Positions 27,474 through 42,656 of a stretch of DNA of 64,000 nt are shown here, in pieces. The DNA is from Octopus vulgaris (taxonomy: Eukaryota). A program made the translations under genes and the position numbers. The stretch is from contig OX597820.1 in NCBI GenBank assembly GCA_951406725.2, forward strand, positions 28,458,001-28,522,000, in the 5' to 3' direction. Numbering within the stretch: position 1 is the first letter of the stretch; each line of letters starts with the position of its first letter. The notes beneath the pieces were generated by a model. It did no database searches, was not told where the DNA came from, and was given only the letters and a program-made list of their open reading frames with translations.

Positions 27474-27584
27474 CTCTTATGTAGACACACACACACACAT
27501 ATATATATATATACAAATATATTTATTATATATACATATATATTATATATATATATATACATATACAAATACATATATACATAA

Positions 27585-27641
<57 letters not shown>

Positions 27642-27647
<6 letters not shown>

Positions 27648-28060
27648 AATAACAAAGGGTAAAATTAATTAATTAAGAAGTAATCAATAATTTCACCAAG
27701 TAGAATTCGGTATGAAAAAAGGACCGTTTCACGGTCCTAGGCCGTTAGGTGGAAATATTCGTTCAACTATTCTAGTACCTTCGAATTATCGTGGAAAACC
27801 ATGCTGATGAAGAATATGGTTAGTAAAGTATATTTTTTTATATTCTTTATGAAAAACCTAATTCAGAAACGCGCGTCCATGGACGACCAGATATTGATTG
27901 ATTTTCGTTGCTTTACTCTCTGCCTGTGTGAATAACCTTCAAGTATTTTGGTTTCTCTGGAAGACCTTTTTTAAAGTAGAAGAAATAGCTAAGATTTTTG
28001 GCTGCTATTTCTAAACTTCGGTGTGTGGTGAAGCAATTCTTTGCTGAACCCTTTTATTAG
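27642..28060 (+). mobile_element. Hammerhead-bearing insertion in (TA)n with outward-facing termini
   Basis: TA on both sides; hammerhead at 27799; ggtg...accct motif at the right end on + and at the left end on -. Confidence 0.7.
27799..27882 (+). ncRNA. Type I hammerhead ribozyme
   Basis: ccaug-CUGAUGA-agaau...auuca-GAAAC-gcgc-GUC-caugg. Perfect 5-bp stem I, palindromic stem III ACGCGCGU, GUC triplet. Confidence 0.88.
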
Positions 28061-28064
28061 TATA

Positions 28065-28098
<34 letters not shown>

Positions 28099-28100
<2 letters not shown>

Positions 28101-28968
28101 ACATAAGGGACTAAAGCCATCTGAATATGGCTAGGGACAGGGCAGGGTGGTGGGGGTGTTACTGTTGCATTTAGCCCCAGGCGAACATCGACGTCACCAG
28201 AAAGGCCCGACACCGTCATGGTGTCCTTAACCTGCAAAGGGAGGTAACTCCCCGATGAAGCGGAAACCACACACGGACCATGGTTTCAAGGTGTATTGCC
28301 TATCGTCGGCGTGTGGTAGGCTTCCGCTTCCTCGACGAATTCTCACTCTGCAGGATATTCATATATAGATTTTCAAGCAAAATACATTTGCTGATTTCGA
28401 AAATCTGTTCGAAAGCAATAATAATTCTCTAAAAGAGATATAGACAGTAACTGCTCGATAACATAAGGGACTAAAGCCATCTGAATATGGCTAGGGACAG
28501 GGCAGGGTGGTGGGGGTGTTACTGTTGCATTTAGCCCCAGGCGAACATCGACGTCACCAGAAAGGCCCGACACCGTCACGGTGTCCTTAACCTGCAAAGG
28601 GAGGTAATTCCCCGATGAAGCGGAAACCACACACGGACCATGGTTTCAAGGTGTATTGCCTATCGTCGGCGTGTGGTAGGCTTCCGCTTCCTCGACGAAT
28701 TCTCACTCTGCAGGATATTCATATATAGATTTTCAAGCAAAATACATTTGCTGATTTCGAAAATCTGTTCGAAAGCAATAATAATTCTCTAAAAGAGATA
28801 TAGACAGTAACTGCTCGATAACATAAGGGACTAAAGCCATCTGAATATGGCTAGGGACACCGTGACGGTGTCGGGCCTTTCTGGTGACGTCGATGTTCGC
28901 CTGGGGCTAAATGCAACAGTAACACCCCCACCACCCTGCCCTGTCCCTAGCCATATTCAGATGGCTTT
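28099..28968. repeat. 360-bp tandem repeat (2 full units + ~41-bp partial) ending in an inverted ~114-bp copy, embedded in (TA)n
   Basis: Units 28099-28458 and 28459-28818 differ at only 2 positions that I can see. 28855-28968 is the reverse complement of the unit's first part. Confidence 0.95.
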
Positions 28969-29057
28969 ATATATACATACACACATATATATATATATAC
29001 ACATATATATATATGACCTTCTTCCACAGAGTATTTATCCACCAAATTTGTTCACAA

Positions 29058-29131
<74 letters not shown>

Positions 29132-29641
29132 TATATATACATATATGCTAAAGCGCCATTCTGTCGAGTGTAATTCTGCACATGTTCAACAAGGCATGTC
29201 TTGAAATCATCAATGACTGCAAAGGTCGTATAATTGCGTAAGGAACATACAATATTAATGCATGCTAATAACTCTGTTCTGCAATAATAAGTTATTTACC
29301 ACAGAGGCATAGATTACAAAAACAATTGCAGCAATTGGTCTAACTCTTTTACTTGCAATCAATATTCTTTCTACTCCTCCCTTACATAGAGAACCATAAA
29401 TATTTCAATTGCTGAAGAATGCTGCTGGGCATCATATAAGCCTTGTGCCTAAATACCATTACGTAACGTGTAGGTATAGATGAATGGATTTATGGATGGA
29501 GGGATGGCTGGATGCCAGTATCAATGTATATATGCTTGTAATTATGACATATGTATGAGTCTATATGTATTATGTATATGCATGTATGCATCTGTATGCA
29601 AATATGTATATACCACTTTATCTAACTATCCTTTAATAGCA

Positions 29642-29835
29642 AGGTGGTGAAAATCAGGATTTTAGTATTGCAGTTTCGAGTTGTGCTCTGGAGCAAAACA
29701 CTTCATTTTACGTTTCTCCACTTCACTCATACGGTGGGAGTGAGTAATGCTGCCGCATACCGGCGTCCTGTCCAGGATGGTATAAGTATATATATACGCC
29801 ACGGAATCCGGGAGGCCGATCATATGAACCAATGA
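29642..29835 (+). mobile_element. Degenerate group C SINE
   Basis: gagcaaaacacttcattttacgtttctcc and ggcgtcctgtccagg...tacgccacggaatccggg. Confidence 0.65.
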
Positions 29836-30084
29836 CTTGGGAAATACTTTTGATCACTTTTTAAAATATTTCATACGACATATATTTATTGCAGTAAAGT
29901 ATCTGCCAGAATTTCACGAAAAATATTTTCGAAATTCAATTTCTTTCTTGATTAGAGTGGTACGACAAACTTTCGATATGAGTCTACATACGTACAACGC
30001 CGCAACCGCTAGTACATCATATACTTATGTGCAATCTCAAAACTAATGCAGAAGCACAAAGAAATATATATATATATATATATT

Positions 30085-30300
30085 ACTACACAGGGGCCGT
30101 TGGTGATTTCTCATCTTTCTTTGGACATTTCCCTTTCGCCTTTCAGACGAAGATCTCTGCTAGAAACGTTATACTCCGTGCTTTCGCCAAGCGCCAAGCT
30201 AATACATTTATATACGTCTCCACTGTCATTGATTTTCTATTTTTCGTTTTTTTATACGTTTATTTCAACTGTACTTTTTATGCTTTATTTTATTCGTTTA
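30085..30300 (+). mobile_element. Decayed hammerhead-type repeat, same family as 38050-38255
   Basis: ggacatttcc...tttcagacgaagatctctgctagaaacgttatactcc...aatacatt..tatacgtc aligns with 38092-38197. Confidence 0.6.
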
Positions 30301-30310
30301 TTTGAAATGA

Positions 30311-30387
<77 letters not shown>

Positions 30388-31384
30388 GGTACATATGTAC
30401 ATGTGCAGCGCCTGCACATATTCATACGTGAATACTCTCACAAACGAACACATACGAGCATTGTGTCTGCATAATTTATCAAGTGATTCTTTGTATCGAT
30501 TATGTAGAAATATTCTCACATGATTGATTACTGAAATCAGCTCAACATTGAATTCGATATCACACAAGTGCTTCGACGTATATACTACACCGAAAGAATC
30601 TAATGCATTCGAAAAAGTCTTGGCAATTGTTACTACAATAAGCTGATTGAAATACAGGAGGAAAGAAAGATGGAGGACGTAACGACAGGGAAAAATATAT
30701 AGCAATTTCAAATCTACAATGAGTGATGTTGTCAATGGAGCGATACGTTTTTTCTTCTTTTTTGTGGCAGAATGACGGCTCAAGCAGATTAGTATTGTCG
30801 ACTAAATCAACCACAGTTAATATTAGTCTTTATTCAGGACAATAGTGATTGATATTATTAATAATCTCTTACATTTCAACAGTCTAAAAATTTGAATCCG
30901 GAATTGGGAACACTATGTGTTACGCTGCCATTTATTTCACTGTATGGTATTACTTTATCACTTACACGCTAACACACATGCAAACTATATACATACACAT
31001 GCGCATATGTGTGTATATATATGTGTGTGTGCGTGTGTGTGTATTTGTGTTTCTGTCTGTCTGTGTGTTAAAAAAATGAAAAAACAAATCAAGTCTGTGT
31101 GAAATTTTCAAGACGTTGATAAAGAAAAGGCTAGTTAGACCGACTTTCTCTTCATAAATGTCCTGAAGATTACACACAGCCTAAGTTTTGTTGTTTCATT
31201 TCATTTAAAATATACATGCTCATACAAGACCCACATTATACTCCTCGCTCGTATTATTATCGAACCGAGAGTTTCAACATTGTCCTTCCATAAAACTTAC
31301 ATAGCCTTACCTGTCACTTTGGATCTTCTGGATACCAAAACCTCTCTCACACACATATACATACACACACACACACATATACAT

Positions 31385-31487
<103 letters not shown>

Positions 31488-31545
31488 TATATATATATAT
31501 ATATATATATAATGAAACTAAGCAAAAAGATATCCACAGGTGATA

Positions 31546-31626
31546 GAGTACGACCGTCTCAAGCATCTCCATTTAATGAACAATACAATCATTACATCGA
31601 TTTAAATGCAGGGCTATCCTCAGCTG
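31546..31626 (-). ncRNA. Degenerate hammerhead motif inside a (TA)n-flanked insert (31511-31950)
   Basis: Minus: cag-CUGAGGA-uagc...gcuu-GAGAC-gguc-GUA-cuc. GAAAC is mutated. Confidence 0.4.
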
Positions 31627-31950
31627 CATGAATAAATATATAGAATTTTTAAACAATTAGACACATTAATATAATTTTACTTAAATTCTCTAATAAAGCA
31701 TGAAGATCGACAAAATCCATTCTGCAACTACTGTAGCTTAGAATATACTAGACTTCGCGTTCGTTTCCATTTTTTATAAAAACACGAAAACTCTCATCCA
31801 GAATGGAAACGATCAACATTCATCTGGATTAAAAAAACTATTGAAATATTTTTCATACCATGAAACCAATGTTAGCCTTAATACACAAATAAAGAAATGT
31901 TATCCATCAATAAGGTGTTGAGGTCTCATATTCGTCTTTTGACATTTACG

Positions 31951-32024
<74 letters not shown>

Positions 32025-32389
32025 GAGAGAGCAAAGATAATAGAGTGACTCATTCTCCGAGAGTCTCGTGCCAGCGCACAAAACTCTCTGAAACATCACT
32101 CTGTTACCTCTGCTAAATATAGATAAAAATATGCATATATTTTGAATTCTGTTTTGCCTGTTGCCACGAATATATATGTGATTGCAAATCAGTGACGCTC
32201 TTCTTACAATATATTGCTTTGTTTACAATATATTGCTTGCGGAAGCAGATCTTGATGATCGCTCTGATAACCAGGAGCTCACGACTGAGAATGAGCCAAC
32301 CAACTTGAAACTGAGTCAGTTTCGCGATCTTGTTGTCTGCTAGAGGATGCCATGTGTTCGCTCCTCCTTGTAGCAATGTATATTAAAAC

Positions 32390-32670
32390 TGACTTCACTT
32401 GTGCCTCTAAAAATTTCCTTTACGTCATTAACATATTCCGGCTGCTGTAGGAATTATATAAACTCAACAGGAACGTCCATAAAAAGTAGATCTACACTAC
32501 ACAGCCAACAAACCTACCACGTCCAGAATCGTCAAATACTACTCAGTGTTCACATAGACATATGTGCTAATGAACGCCAACCACAATTCAAAATATTGCT
32601 ACAACACTAATTCACGGAAAGTACCTCAACTCAACAACGACTAAATACAAACCAGGACTTAACATGAATA
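32390..32670 (+). mobile_element. Penelope-like (Neptune-type) GIY-YIG remnant
   Basis: FTCASKNFLYVI / SGCCRNYINSTG...RSTLHSQQ...RQILLSVHIDICA...FKI...KPGLN; homologous to 26093-26380. Confidence 0.7.
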
Positions 32671-33492
32671 TATAATGGAATTAACAAATAAAAACCCAAT
32701 CAGAAAAAAAGGAAAAAAGATTTCCCTCCCCTTAGTTAGAAATAATATATCTACTGACAATCCATTTAGCTAATAAACGTTATATTCACAGACTATCCCC
32801 CTTGAGCTATACTCTCCTGTATAAACCTGCTTCTACGCAAGGTTAAATCAAAAACTTATTAAGATTTCATAACATTGACTCATGATTAGCGAAGCGAAAT
32901 CGGTTTACCTTGTACGTGTTATAATTGATAAATAATCTTTAACTCCATGTACAAGATTTCTGTGCTTTTTCACTTAAATCTTATTTCATATTTACCACTA
33001 CTCGAATCTCCCTCCGAATTGTTCACCTATATTTACTTATACATATACATACACACACACACATATATATATATATATGTGTGTGTGTGTGCATGTATAT
33101 ATTCATATAAACATATATGCAGGTGTGTATATTTATATATATATATATAATTTTACATTATGTGTTTTTATGTTTTGATGGCCTAGTGGCAGCGAAACAT
33201 TGAAGAAAAACATAGTTGTTATATATTTGTATCTTAAAATGCATTTAAATATTAAGCATCTACTCTACACTAAATATTCACTTCATTTGATAGCGTCTGT
33301 TGTTTTTAGTCTTCTTCAAAGACAGTAACACTATGGATACATAAGAAATATATGTAATATATGTATTAGATTTTGTCTGTAGCTATAGGCATTTTATACA
33401 ACGCTGTGATTCCTGTAGCTTTCATATCATATACACATTCTAACGAAATTATTCCGACAAACGTTCGTCTATGAGTAAGCAATTATGAGCAT

Positions 33493-34841
<1,349 letters not shown>

Positions 34842-35079
34842 TACATACATATATATGTGTGTGGTTGCGTATATATTTGCATGATTGCGTAATTATCATA
34901 TGCATGTATATATGCAACCAGATAATTGACATCAATTTAGTGCGTACTTTTGATTGGTTAATCAAAATAACATAACTTACTCTTACATTAGAATATATTT
35001 ATAATGCATAACTTGCAAAATCATCTGACATGCTACATTTTTTTTTTCGGATTGTCTAGCCCCAACACACATTTATGGC

Positions 35080-35590
35080 GTTCGAATAACGTTAAGGTAT
35101 AGATGATGTTTTCTATTTTCGTGTCTTAAATGACTGGGAAATGTTAATAATTTTAATATGTAACGGAAAAGTGCCCATTTCTGATACACGTAATAGTTAG
35201 TATTAGAAAAATCTGTATAATTTCCATGAGGTTCGGTAGTGTAGAATCTTAGTTGTCTGTAGTTAATGTAATATGTTGAACCGAAAACAAACTGCAGGTA
35301 ATATAGATAGGTAGAGTGAAGTATTGAGGGAGAAAGAGGGTGACAAAGAGGGTGTGAATGAGGAAGATAGTGAGTAAGGAAAGGGGAGATGGAAGAGGCG
35401 TTGTAGCAAGTGTCAGTGGAGGTGGTAACAGTGAAACTTGAAAAATGGAAGCAAAATAGGAACCTAATTACTTTGTTTTCTTGATAATGTGTGAAGGATG
35501 TTAGTTGATGGAGGAGATAAGGATGGCTTTCCAAGTAGTCAAGAGCTAAGGACAGACAATTCTTTTCCTTATTTTTGTTCATTTTTCTTG
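35080..35590 (-). mobile_element. Possible very degenerate PLE remnant
   Basis: Weak resemblance (ENKVI.., NYYVY, SHLRHENRKH) to the linker and GIY-YIG region seen at 15.4-15.9 kb. Confidence 0.3.
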
Positions 35591-36724
35591 CTGACAGAAA
35601 AAAAGTACCGCATGGTTTAACGCATGCGCTTTAGTGCAAAAACTTTTCGTCCGTGCTACCAACACTACCAAAATTACCAACAATATACAACAGCCGTCAG
35701 AACCAACAAAAATGATCATCACCACCACTACCCTGACCATCAGGATTTATCATTCGTATTTCTTATTTTCCTTCTTTTTATATCTTGCTGTCTACGCTCG
35801 CTATTTTTATTTTTTCTCTGGTTTTCTATTTCTCCTTTGACCCTTTGCGTGTCAGAAATTGTAGGTTGGTAAGAAAGTGCGATCACTTTAATATTGAGAT
35901 ATTTTCACAGGATAAACAATATTGAAAATTTAATGAGAATATTAGTGAACACTGTGAAGGCAGACGAGAGTGTGAACAATTTTCTGTATACAGGATGCAA
36001 AATTATATTATCTACGTGACTAAAGCATTTAAGAAAGATATAATTGAGACAGAAAGACGCATTCCTATGAATAATCTTATTCTAAAAATGCTGTGTTTTT
36101 CTACTTAGATTTTGAATAACATATTTTAATGAAAAAAAAAAGTTAAATATCATGTAAGATACTACTCGACAGAGATGATTAGATAACTCTATTTCACTTA
36201 TCACGGCTAATACCTAGCAAGAGCGGTTTCAATACATTATATGCTCTACTTCGCTGTAACCCAAGTCTTTCAGGGCTTTTGGGTGGCTATGCACCACAAA
36301 ACACTTGTGTGTGTAGGTAGACGTCTGTTTGTGTGTGTGTGCGTGTGTGTGTGTTTGTGTATGTATGTGTGTATGTTTTTGTCGGTCTATATATTTCTAT
36401 TTAGATATATTTTATAATGTCAAAAATATCTATCCGGGAAAGACAAATTAGCATTCAGACAAGATGAAGAACATAGAATCCAATATCAAACCGCTGTAAG
36501 CTGCAATCCGAGCAAACGAAGTTAGACTATAGCAAGTGTAGTGGTCGATCTAATAAATTTACGTAGAATACCTACAATTGAACTCACTGATCACCGAATC
36601 TCAAAAATAGTTGTAAAGCATTGACTATAATCTCGTCTCATATATGTGACATCTCATATATGGGCATTCTGAATATTTATTCATCTATGAAAAATATTCT
36701 GCCTGCTTTTCTGCTTAATAATGA

Positions 36725-36780
<56 letters not shown>

Positions 36781-37768
36781 ACTCATACCTCTATAGCTAA
36801 TTCATAAACGCTTCGGTGCCCTTACCAACCGCCTCCTCATCTTTTAATGTTATATAAATTCTTACTATGATTAAATTTTGAGGTTGTTTCAAATTGTCAA
36901 TACTTGAATGCTAAATTCAATTTCATAGTCTACGTTCCATTCTCTCTCCTTTCTCAATGTATCTTGGGACCGGCTATATCGAATGCCAAAGGAAAGGTTC
37001 CAAGTTGAGTGGAGAATCCGTCAATCTAGACTGGTTGGCTGGTCCGTGTGATGTTTCATGTTAGCTCGAAGCTTTAAAATTTGAAACGAGGGATTATTCA
37101 AAGTAATCTATTCGAAATAATCTATTCCAGAATTTTCTCCGTAATGATGTTTTCGATACCAGAATGATAAACCGCGATGACAGATCGCAGTAAAATTTCA
37201 ACTGAGAAAGTAAAAGAAGGTAAGCATCTATAGCGCAAAGTTCTCTCGTTATATTGTTATTTCAGAAAGCGAAGCAGTAAATAGTTTTAGAGTGACATGA
37301 TCTTTCAAAGTCATCGATCTTCGTGACATGAAGCCCTTCTGTTGGATGTATGTTGAACTCATATCGATAAATTTGAACTTGCAGCCATTCTTCAAATCAG
37401 CATCTTTATCACCTTTCAAAGTGAACTCTACACATTTAGCCGTCAGTATATTAGAATTTGGTCAGTAAGACTTCGACGTGCCTTAAGGTTATTCGAAGAT
37501 GTAATTAGTTGGACGTGTATGTATGCTTGAGTTTTGCGTATGCGGCATCGTATTTTGCGAAGAGCGATGGACACGTTGGTGAGTGTACATGTTTGTATGT
37601 ATTCGTATTTAGGTACACGCGTAGGTGGTGCCACTGATGTTTGAATGTGTGTATGAGTATGAATATATCGATACTGGTTGTGAAGTATAAAATTATCATC
37701 GATATATAGAAAAAGGTTTCACTACATATACATATATACATAATACATTTACATTATGCATTTACATT

Positions 37769-37873
<105 letters not shown>

Positions 37874-38049
37874 CATCTTCCGCATGAGATTTAGAAAAGC
37901 ATGGTTACGAAGCAAATTTTCCAGATACCGATACACATGCACATCCATACACACACAATTACACACATCAGTCAGTTTATCTATCTAGGTGTGTGGGGGC
38001 GTGTATGTGTCTGTGTGTGTCTCTGTGTAGTGTATGTGTGTGTGTGTGT

Positions 38050-38255
38050 TTCACACATGTGCTGCTCTTGGACTATCTTTTCCTTCCCTTCGGACCTTTC
38101 CTCTTTCTGATGAAGAGCCATACCCGAAACGTTATATACTCCCTATTTCTACCATCTTACATTGAGCGACGACCAAATACATTCCCTATATACGTCCTAT
38201 TGCCTTTTATTGTTTTGTTTTGTTTTTTGATTTTTTTTGTTATTTTCGAATTGCC
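38050..38255 (+). mobile_element. Short repeat with a minimal hammerhead core (38104-38136)
   Basis: uuu-CUGAUGA-agagccauaccc-GAAAC-GUU-aua. Core intact, stems partly decayed; homologue at 30.1 kb. Confidence 0.6.
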
Positions 38256-38358
38256 TATATATAAATATATATACACACATACATATGTATGTAGGTATGC
38301 ACGGGGCTATATATGTTGTGTGGACAGAAAGATCAAGTGAAATGCACTTCAACATATA

Positions 38359-38748
38359 GGCGTAGGTGTGGCTGTGTGGTAAGTAGCTTGCTTACGAACC
38401 ACATGGCTCCGGGTTCAGTCCCACTGCGTGGCACCTTAGGCAAGTGTCTTCTACTATAGCCTCGCGCCGACCAAAGCCTTGTGAGTAGATTTGGTAGACG
38501 GAAACTGAAAGAAGCCCATCGTACATATATATATATATATATGTCCCCCCAACCAACATCATTTGACAACCGATGCTGGTGTGTTTACGTCCCCGAAACT
38601 TAGCGGTTCGGCACAAGAAACCGATAGAAGAAGTACTACGCTTCTAAAGAATAAGTCCTGGGGTCGATTTGCTCGACTAAAAGGCGGTGCCCAGCATGGC
38701 CACAGTCAAATGACTGAAACAAGTAATAGAGTAAAAGAGTAAAAGAGT
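38359..38748 (+). mobile_element. SINE-A, full length
   Basis: ggcgtaggtgtggctgtgtggtaag ... aagagtaaaagagt. Confidence 0.95.
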
Positions 38749-39404
38749 ATATCTTTACTAAACAATAATAATGCACTAGATATAGATAAGACAAATTGTG
38801 CTAAAACCCTTCTTTCATTAATGGTATAGAATTGCCCTACAACAATAGATATTAAATCTAACGTAGCATAAAATTACTTGGACGACTTCTAATGTTTTCT
38901 TACATAAGCCTTTTTCAATTAACCTCGGCTGCATGTAATCATTAGAGAAAAATAAATGAAAACTAATCGCAATGAAAATTTAATTAAGCGACTAAAAAAA
39001 ACGGAAGAAACCTGTTAACGTGTAAATAAAAATTAATACCATAAAATTTCATGCAACACTGAACCCAAAAGTCATGAGATGAACCTGTAAAGCTACATCT
39101 ATCTGACTTCGTGATAAGGGGAAGTGTAAATTTAAGCACTGATGTGCTTAATATCTTAAAGGACGTACGTAATAGATATTTTAAATGACGTACGTAACAG
39201 ATATTTTTTACATTCTTCTATTCCATTATTTAATTATGTTTGGACACTGAAAGAAATTATCCATCTGTATTTTGATGTACAAAAATGCATTGCACTCAGA
39301 AAGTATCTTTGAAAGATGTAGATCATGCAGAAATAAAGCGGCAAATACTGGTATCCTGTAATTCCAAGAAAGGCCATGCTAAAAATTCTGATAAACGTTA
39401 AAGT

Positions 39405-39553
39405 TCATTATTTACATTAATTACAATTGACAGATATTTGTCCTCATCTTGTTTGTTGTTAACACAACGTTTCGGCTGATATACCCTCCAGCCTTCATCA
39501 GATATTTCGGGGAAATTTTGAACTTGGGTTCTCATTCCAAAGGTATTTTTCGA
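39405..39553 (-). mobile_element. Short hammerhead-bearing repeat (copy of 18820-18977)
   Basis: Reverse-complement similarity; abuts (TTA)n. Confidence 0.85.
39461..39506 (-). ncRNA. Minimal type I hammerhead ribozyme
   Basis: Minus: aauau-CUGAUGA-a-ggcug-gaggguauau-cagcc-GAAAC-GUU-guguu. Perfect 5-bp stem II. Confidence 0.82.
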
Positions 39554-39620
<67 letters not shown>

Positions 39621-39623
<3 letters not shown>

Positions 39624-40035
39624 TAGTTTTATTTTTATAGCGTGCTTTCACTTCACTACCGAGCGCAGCTCTGTGTGCCTTAGGTATGTGCTGTGATTTG
39701 TTGTGATGCTCTGATGGTTATTGTATGGAAGGTGTTCTGCGTAGAATGTGTGCAGTGCCTAGTAGTGCAAATTTCTGTATGTTATATGTGTTTGTAAGTC
39801 CTGGTGTTTTTGTTATGTATTTGTCTGAATATGTTTTTATCATGCCTAATGCACCTACTATGATAGGAATTGTTTCTGTTTTTAGATTCCACATTCTGGT
39901 TACCTCTATTTCCAGGTCTTTGTATTTTCAAAGTTTTTCCATTTCTTTTAGAGACACGTTGTCATCTGCCGGTATTGATACATCAATTAGAAAGCATTTT
40001 TTTTCTTCATGATCTCTGACAACTATATCTGGTCT
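39621..40035 (-). mobile_element. R4/Dong-like LINE 3' end abutting (TAA)n
   Basis: PDIVVRDHEEKKCFLIDVSIPADDNVSLKEMEKL*KYKDLEIEVTRMWNLKT..IPIIVGALG...LLGTAHILRR, then a short 3' UTR, then (AAT)n at 39554-39620. Confidence 0.9.
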
Positions 40036-40138
40036 GAAATATACACTGCACTCGACCGATCAAGTATATAATTATTTACATTAGACATTAATATAATTAC
40101 TTGTTTTTTTCTTCTCCTTCCCCTTCCCCTCTTTTGTG

Positions 40139-41033
40139 AAGGCGGCGAGCTTGCAGAAACGTTAGCACGCCGGCCGAAATGCTTAGCAGTATTTCGTCTG
40201 CCGCTACATTCTGAGTTCAAATTCCGCCAAGGTCGACTTTGCCTTTCATCCTTTCGAGGTCGATACATTAAGTACCAGTTACGCACTGGGGTCGATATAA
40301 TCAACTGAATCCGTTTGTCTGTCCTTGTTTGTCTCACTGTGTTTAGCCCCTTGTGGGTAGTAAGTAATAAGTATTTCGTCTCCCGTTACGTTCTGAGTTC
40401 AAATTCCGCCAAGGTCGACTTTGCCTTTCATCCTTTCGGGGTCGATACATTAAGTACCAGTTACGCACTGGGGTGGATCTAATCGACTGAATCCGTTTAT
40501 CTGTCCTTGTTTGTCCCCTCTATGTTTAGCCCCTTCAGGAGAATAAAGAAATAAGAAACATTAGCACGCCGGGCGAAATGCTTAGCGGTATTTCGTCTCT
40601 CTTTACGTTCAGGGTTCAAGTTCCGCCGAGGTCGACTTTGCCTTTCAATCTTTCGAAGTCGATAAATTAGGTACCAGTTGCGTACTGGGGTTGATCTAAT
40701 TGACTAGCACCTTCCCCAAAATTTCGTGCCTCGTCCTAGAGTAGAAAAGAATCGTTAGGACGCCGGGCAGGATGATTAGCCGCTTGTCATCTGTCTTTAC
40801 GATCTGAGTTCAAATTCTGACGAGGTTGACTTTGCCTTTTACTCTTTCAAACATCAATGAAATAAGTACTATTTGCGTACTGGGCTCGATCTATTCGACT
40901 GGCCCCCTCCCCCAAAATTTAGAGCATTGTACCTAGAGTAAAAAGAATAAAATAATTACCAGTTGAGTGCTGGGGTCAATTTAATCGGCTTACACCCTCC
41001 CTCGAAATTGCTGGTCTGGTACCAAAATTGAAA
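40139..41033 (+). mobile_element. SINE-B head-to-tail multimer (4 cores + extra tail)
   Basis: Core gagttcaaattccgcc.aggtcgactttgcctttca...gtcgata.attaagtaccag at ~40213, ~40395, ~40612 and ~40806. Confidence 0.92.
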
Positions 41034-41807
41034 GTAATTTCACTACTTGTTTTATTCAGCAACCTCGATTTTAACTTTTATTAATTTATTTTTTCGAAAT
41101 TTAATCTAAATATTTTATCCCTAATTTTGTTTATAGAAAACCGGTGTGCGCATGGCTTTTAATTCACTTTGGACACGTTAATTACTGTCATTTGCCGTCA
41201 TCTTTCAATATTGTAAGAAAGAAACTTGCAGAATTCTGACGATCTAGTGCATAGCGAATGAGTTTGAGTGTAAAGATTAGCTTCGTAAAAGGGACAGCAG
41301 TGTATAAATAGGACAAATTAAAGAGGACAAACGAGTGAATTCAGCCTGTTTGACAGCATCACTTCCGGCCTTGTGTTGTGTACAAATATCCTCACAGTTG
41401 ATTTGCCTCTCATCCTATTTGGAACGATATAAGTAACAGTTGAGCACTGGCGTCGATGTAATTGACTAACCCCTAACCTCTTACCCAAAATTTCACCCCT
41501 TGTATAAAAGCAATTATTTCTAGCAGTCTCATGGTATCTATAGAAGCTTTCTCATCGTCTTTTAGTGTTGTAGAAGTAACGTAATTTTTATAATGCTTAT
41601 CACACATGGACAATATCATGACAAAGGATTTTAAAATAGAATGAAAAAAACGTCTTAAAATGATGAAGAAGACAATACAAGACAGACAAAAAATTAATAC
41701 AATGTAGAAAAATATAACCTTGACAAATAAACAGGAGGAATTCATAGACAACAATTTATTAACTGGCAGCATTTAGAGACATCTATGATAACTAACAAAA
41801 ACGTATA

Positions 41808-42204
41808 TTCTTTTATTCTTTTAGGTGTTTCAGTCATTTGACTGTGGCCAAGCTGGAGCACCGCCTTTAGTCGAGCAAATCGAACCCACAACTTATTCTT
41901 TGTAAGCCTAGTACTTATTCTATCCGTCACTTTTTACCGAACCGCTAAGTTACTGGGGCGTAAACACACCAGCGTCGGTTGTCAAGCGATGTTGGGGGGA
42001 CAAACACAGACACACAAACATACACACAACACACATATATATATATACGACGGGCTTCTTTCAGTTTCCGTCTACCAAATCCACTCACAAGGATTTGGTC
42101 GGCCCGACACTATAGTGGAAGGCACTTGCACAAGGTGCCACGCAATGGGACTGAACCCGGAACCATGTGGTTGGTAAGCAGGCTGCTTACAACACACCTA
42201 TTCC
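41808..42204 (-). mobile_element. SINE-A, full length
   Basis: Reverse complement of the consensus. Confidence 0.93.
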
Positions 42205-42656
42205 TACAATATATACAAATCAATAGAAATATGCCATGCAAGTATGTTTGTGTGATAAGGAATTTATCTTTGCAATCAGTAATCTTAAGTCAAAAATATA
42301 CAAATATCTCCATGAAAGTGTAGTTAAATTTAACTAGACCCTTTAAGAAACTTTTATCACAGATAACAAATTAAATGAGGTATTAAATTTCTCAATGGCT
42401 ATATTGATATCGTGAGAAAATTCACAAAGCAGAAAATTTATATTTATGAAGCAGAAAATGTTGGTATACCAAGCAAAGACAAAACTATTAATTAGTAGAT
42501 AGTTTGTAGCTTCAGTGTTATTTTATTGTAGCTAAATTGATATCTACACTTTTGATATTTGGTATTGTTTTTTTTTTTCTTCGAACAAACGAATGTCAGA
42601 CGGTAGAAAATTTCACAGCTAATGTGAGGTTAACGTGTCCCAAAGAGAAATAAAAG

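Noticed and set aside
28250-28345. ccgatga...gaaac as a hammerhead, ATGA-stem as a SECIS, or tcctcg as an HDV-like loop
   Set aside because: No stem II space or stem I closure for a hammerhead, the GA quartet is not adjacent to the helix for a SECIS, and no P1/P3 pairing was found for an HDV-like fold.
27989-29173. Three similar Pro-rich ORFs (TVSGLSGDVDVRLGLNATVTPPPPCP)
   Set aside because: They are a by-product of the 360-bp tandem and its inverted arm, are short, and end in microsatellite.
37246-37460. About 70-codon open stretch on the minus strand as a possible host exon
   Set aside because: No recognisable motif or convincing splice sites. A small exon cannot be excluded without RNA-seq or a BLASTx search.
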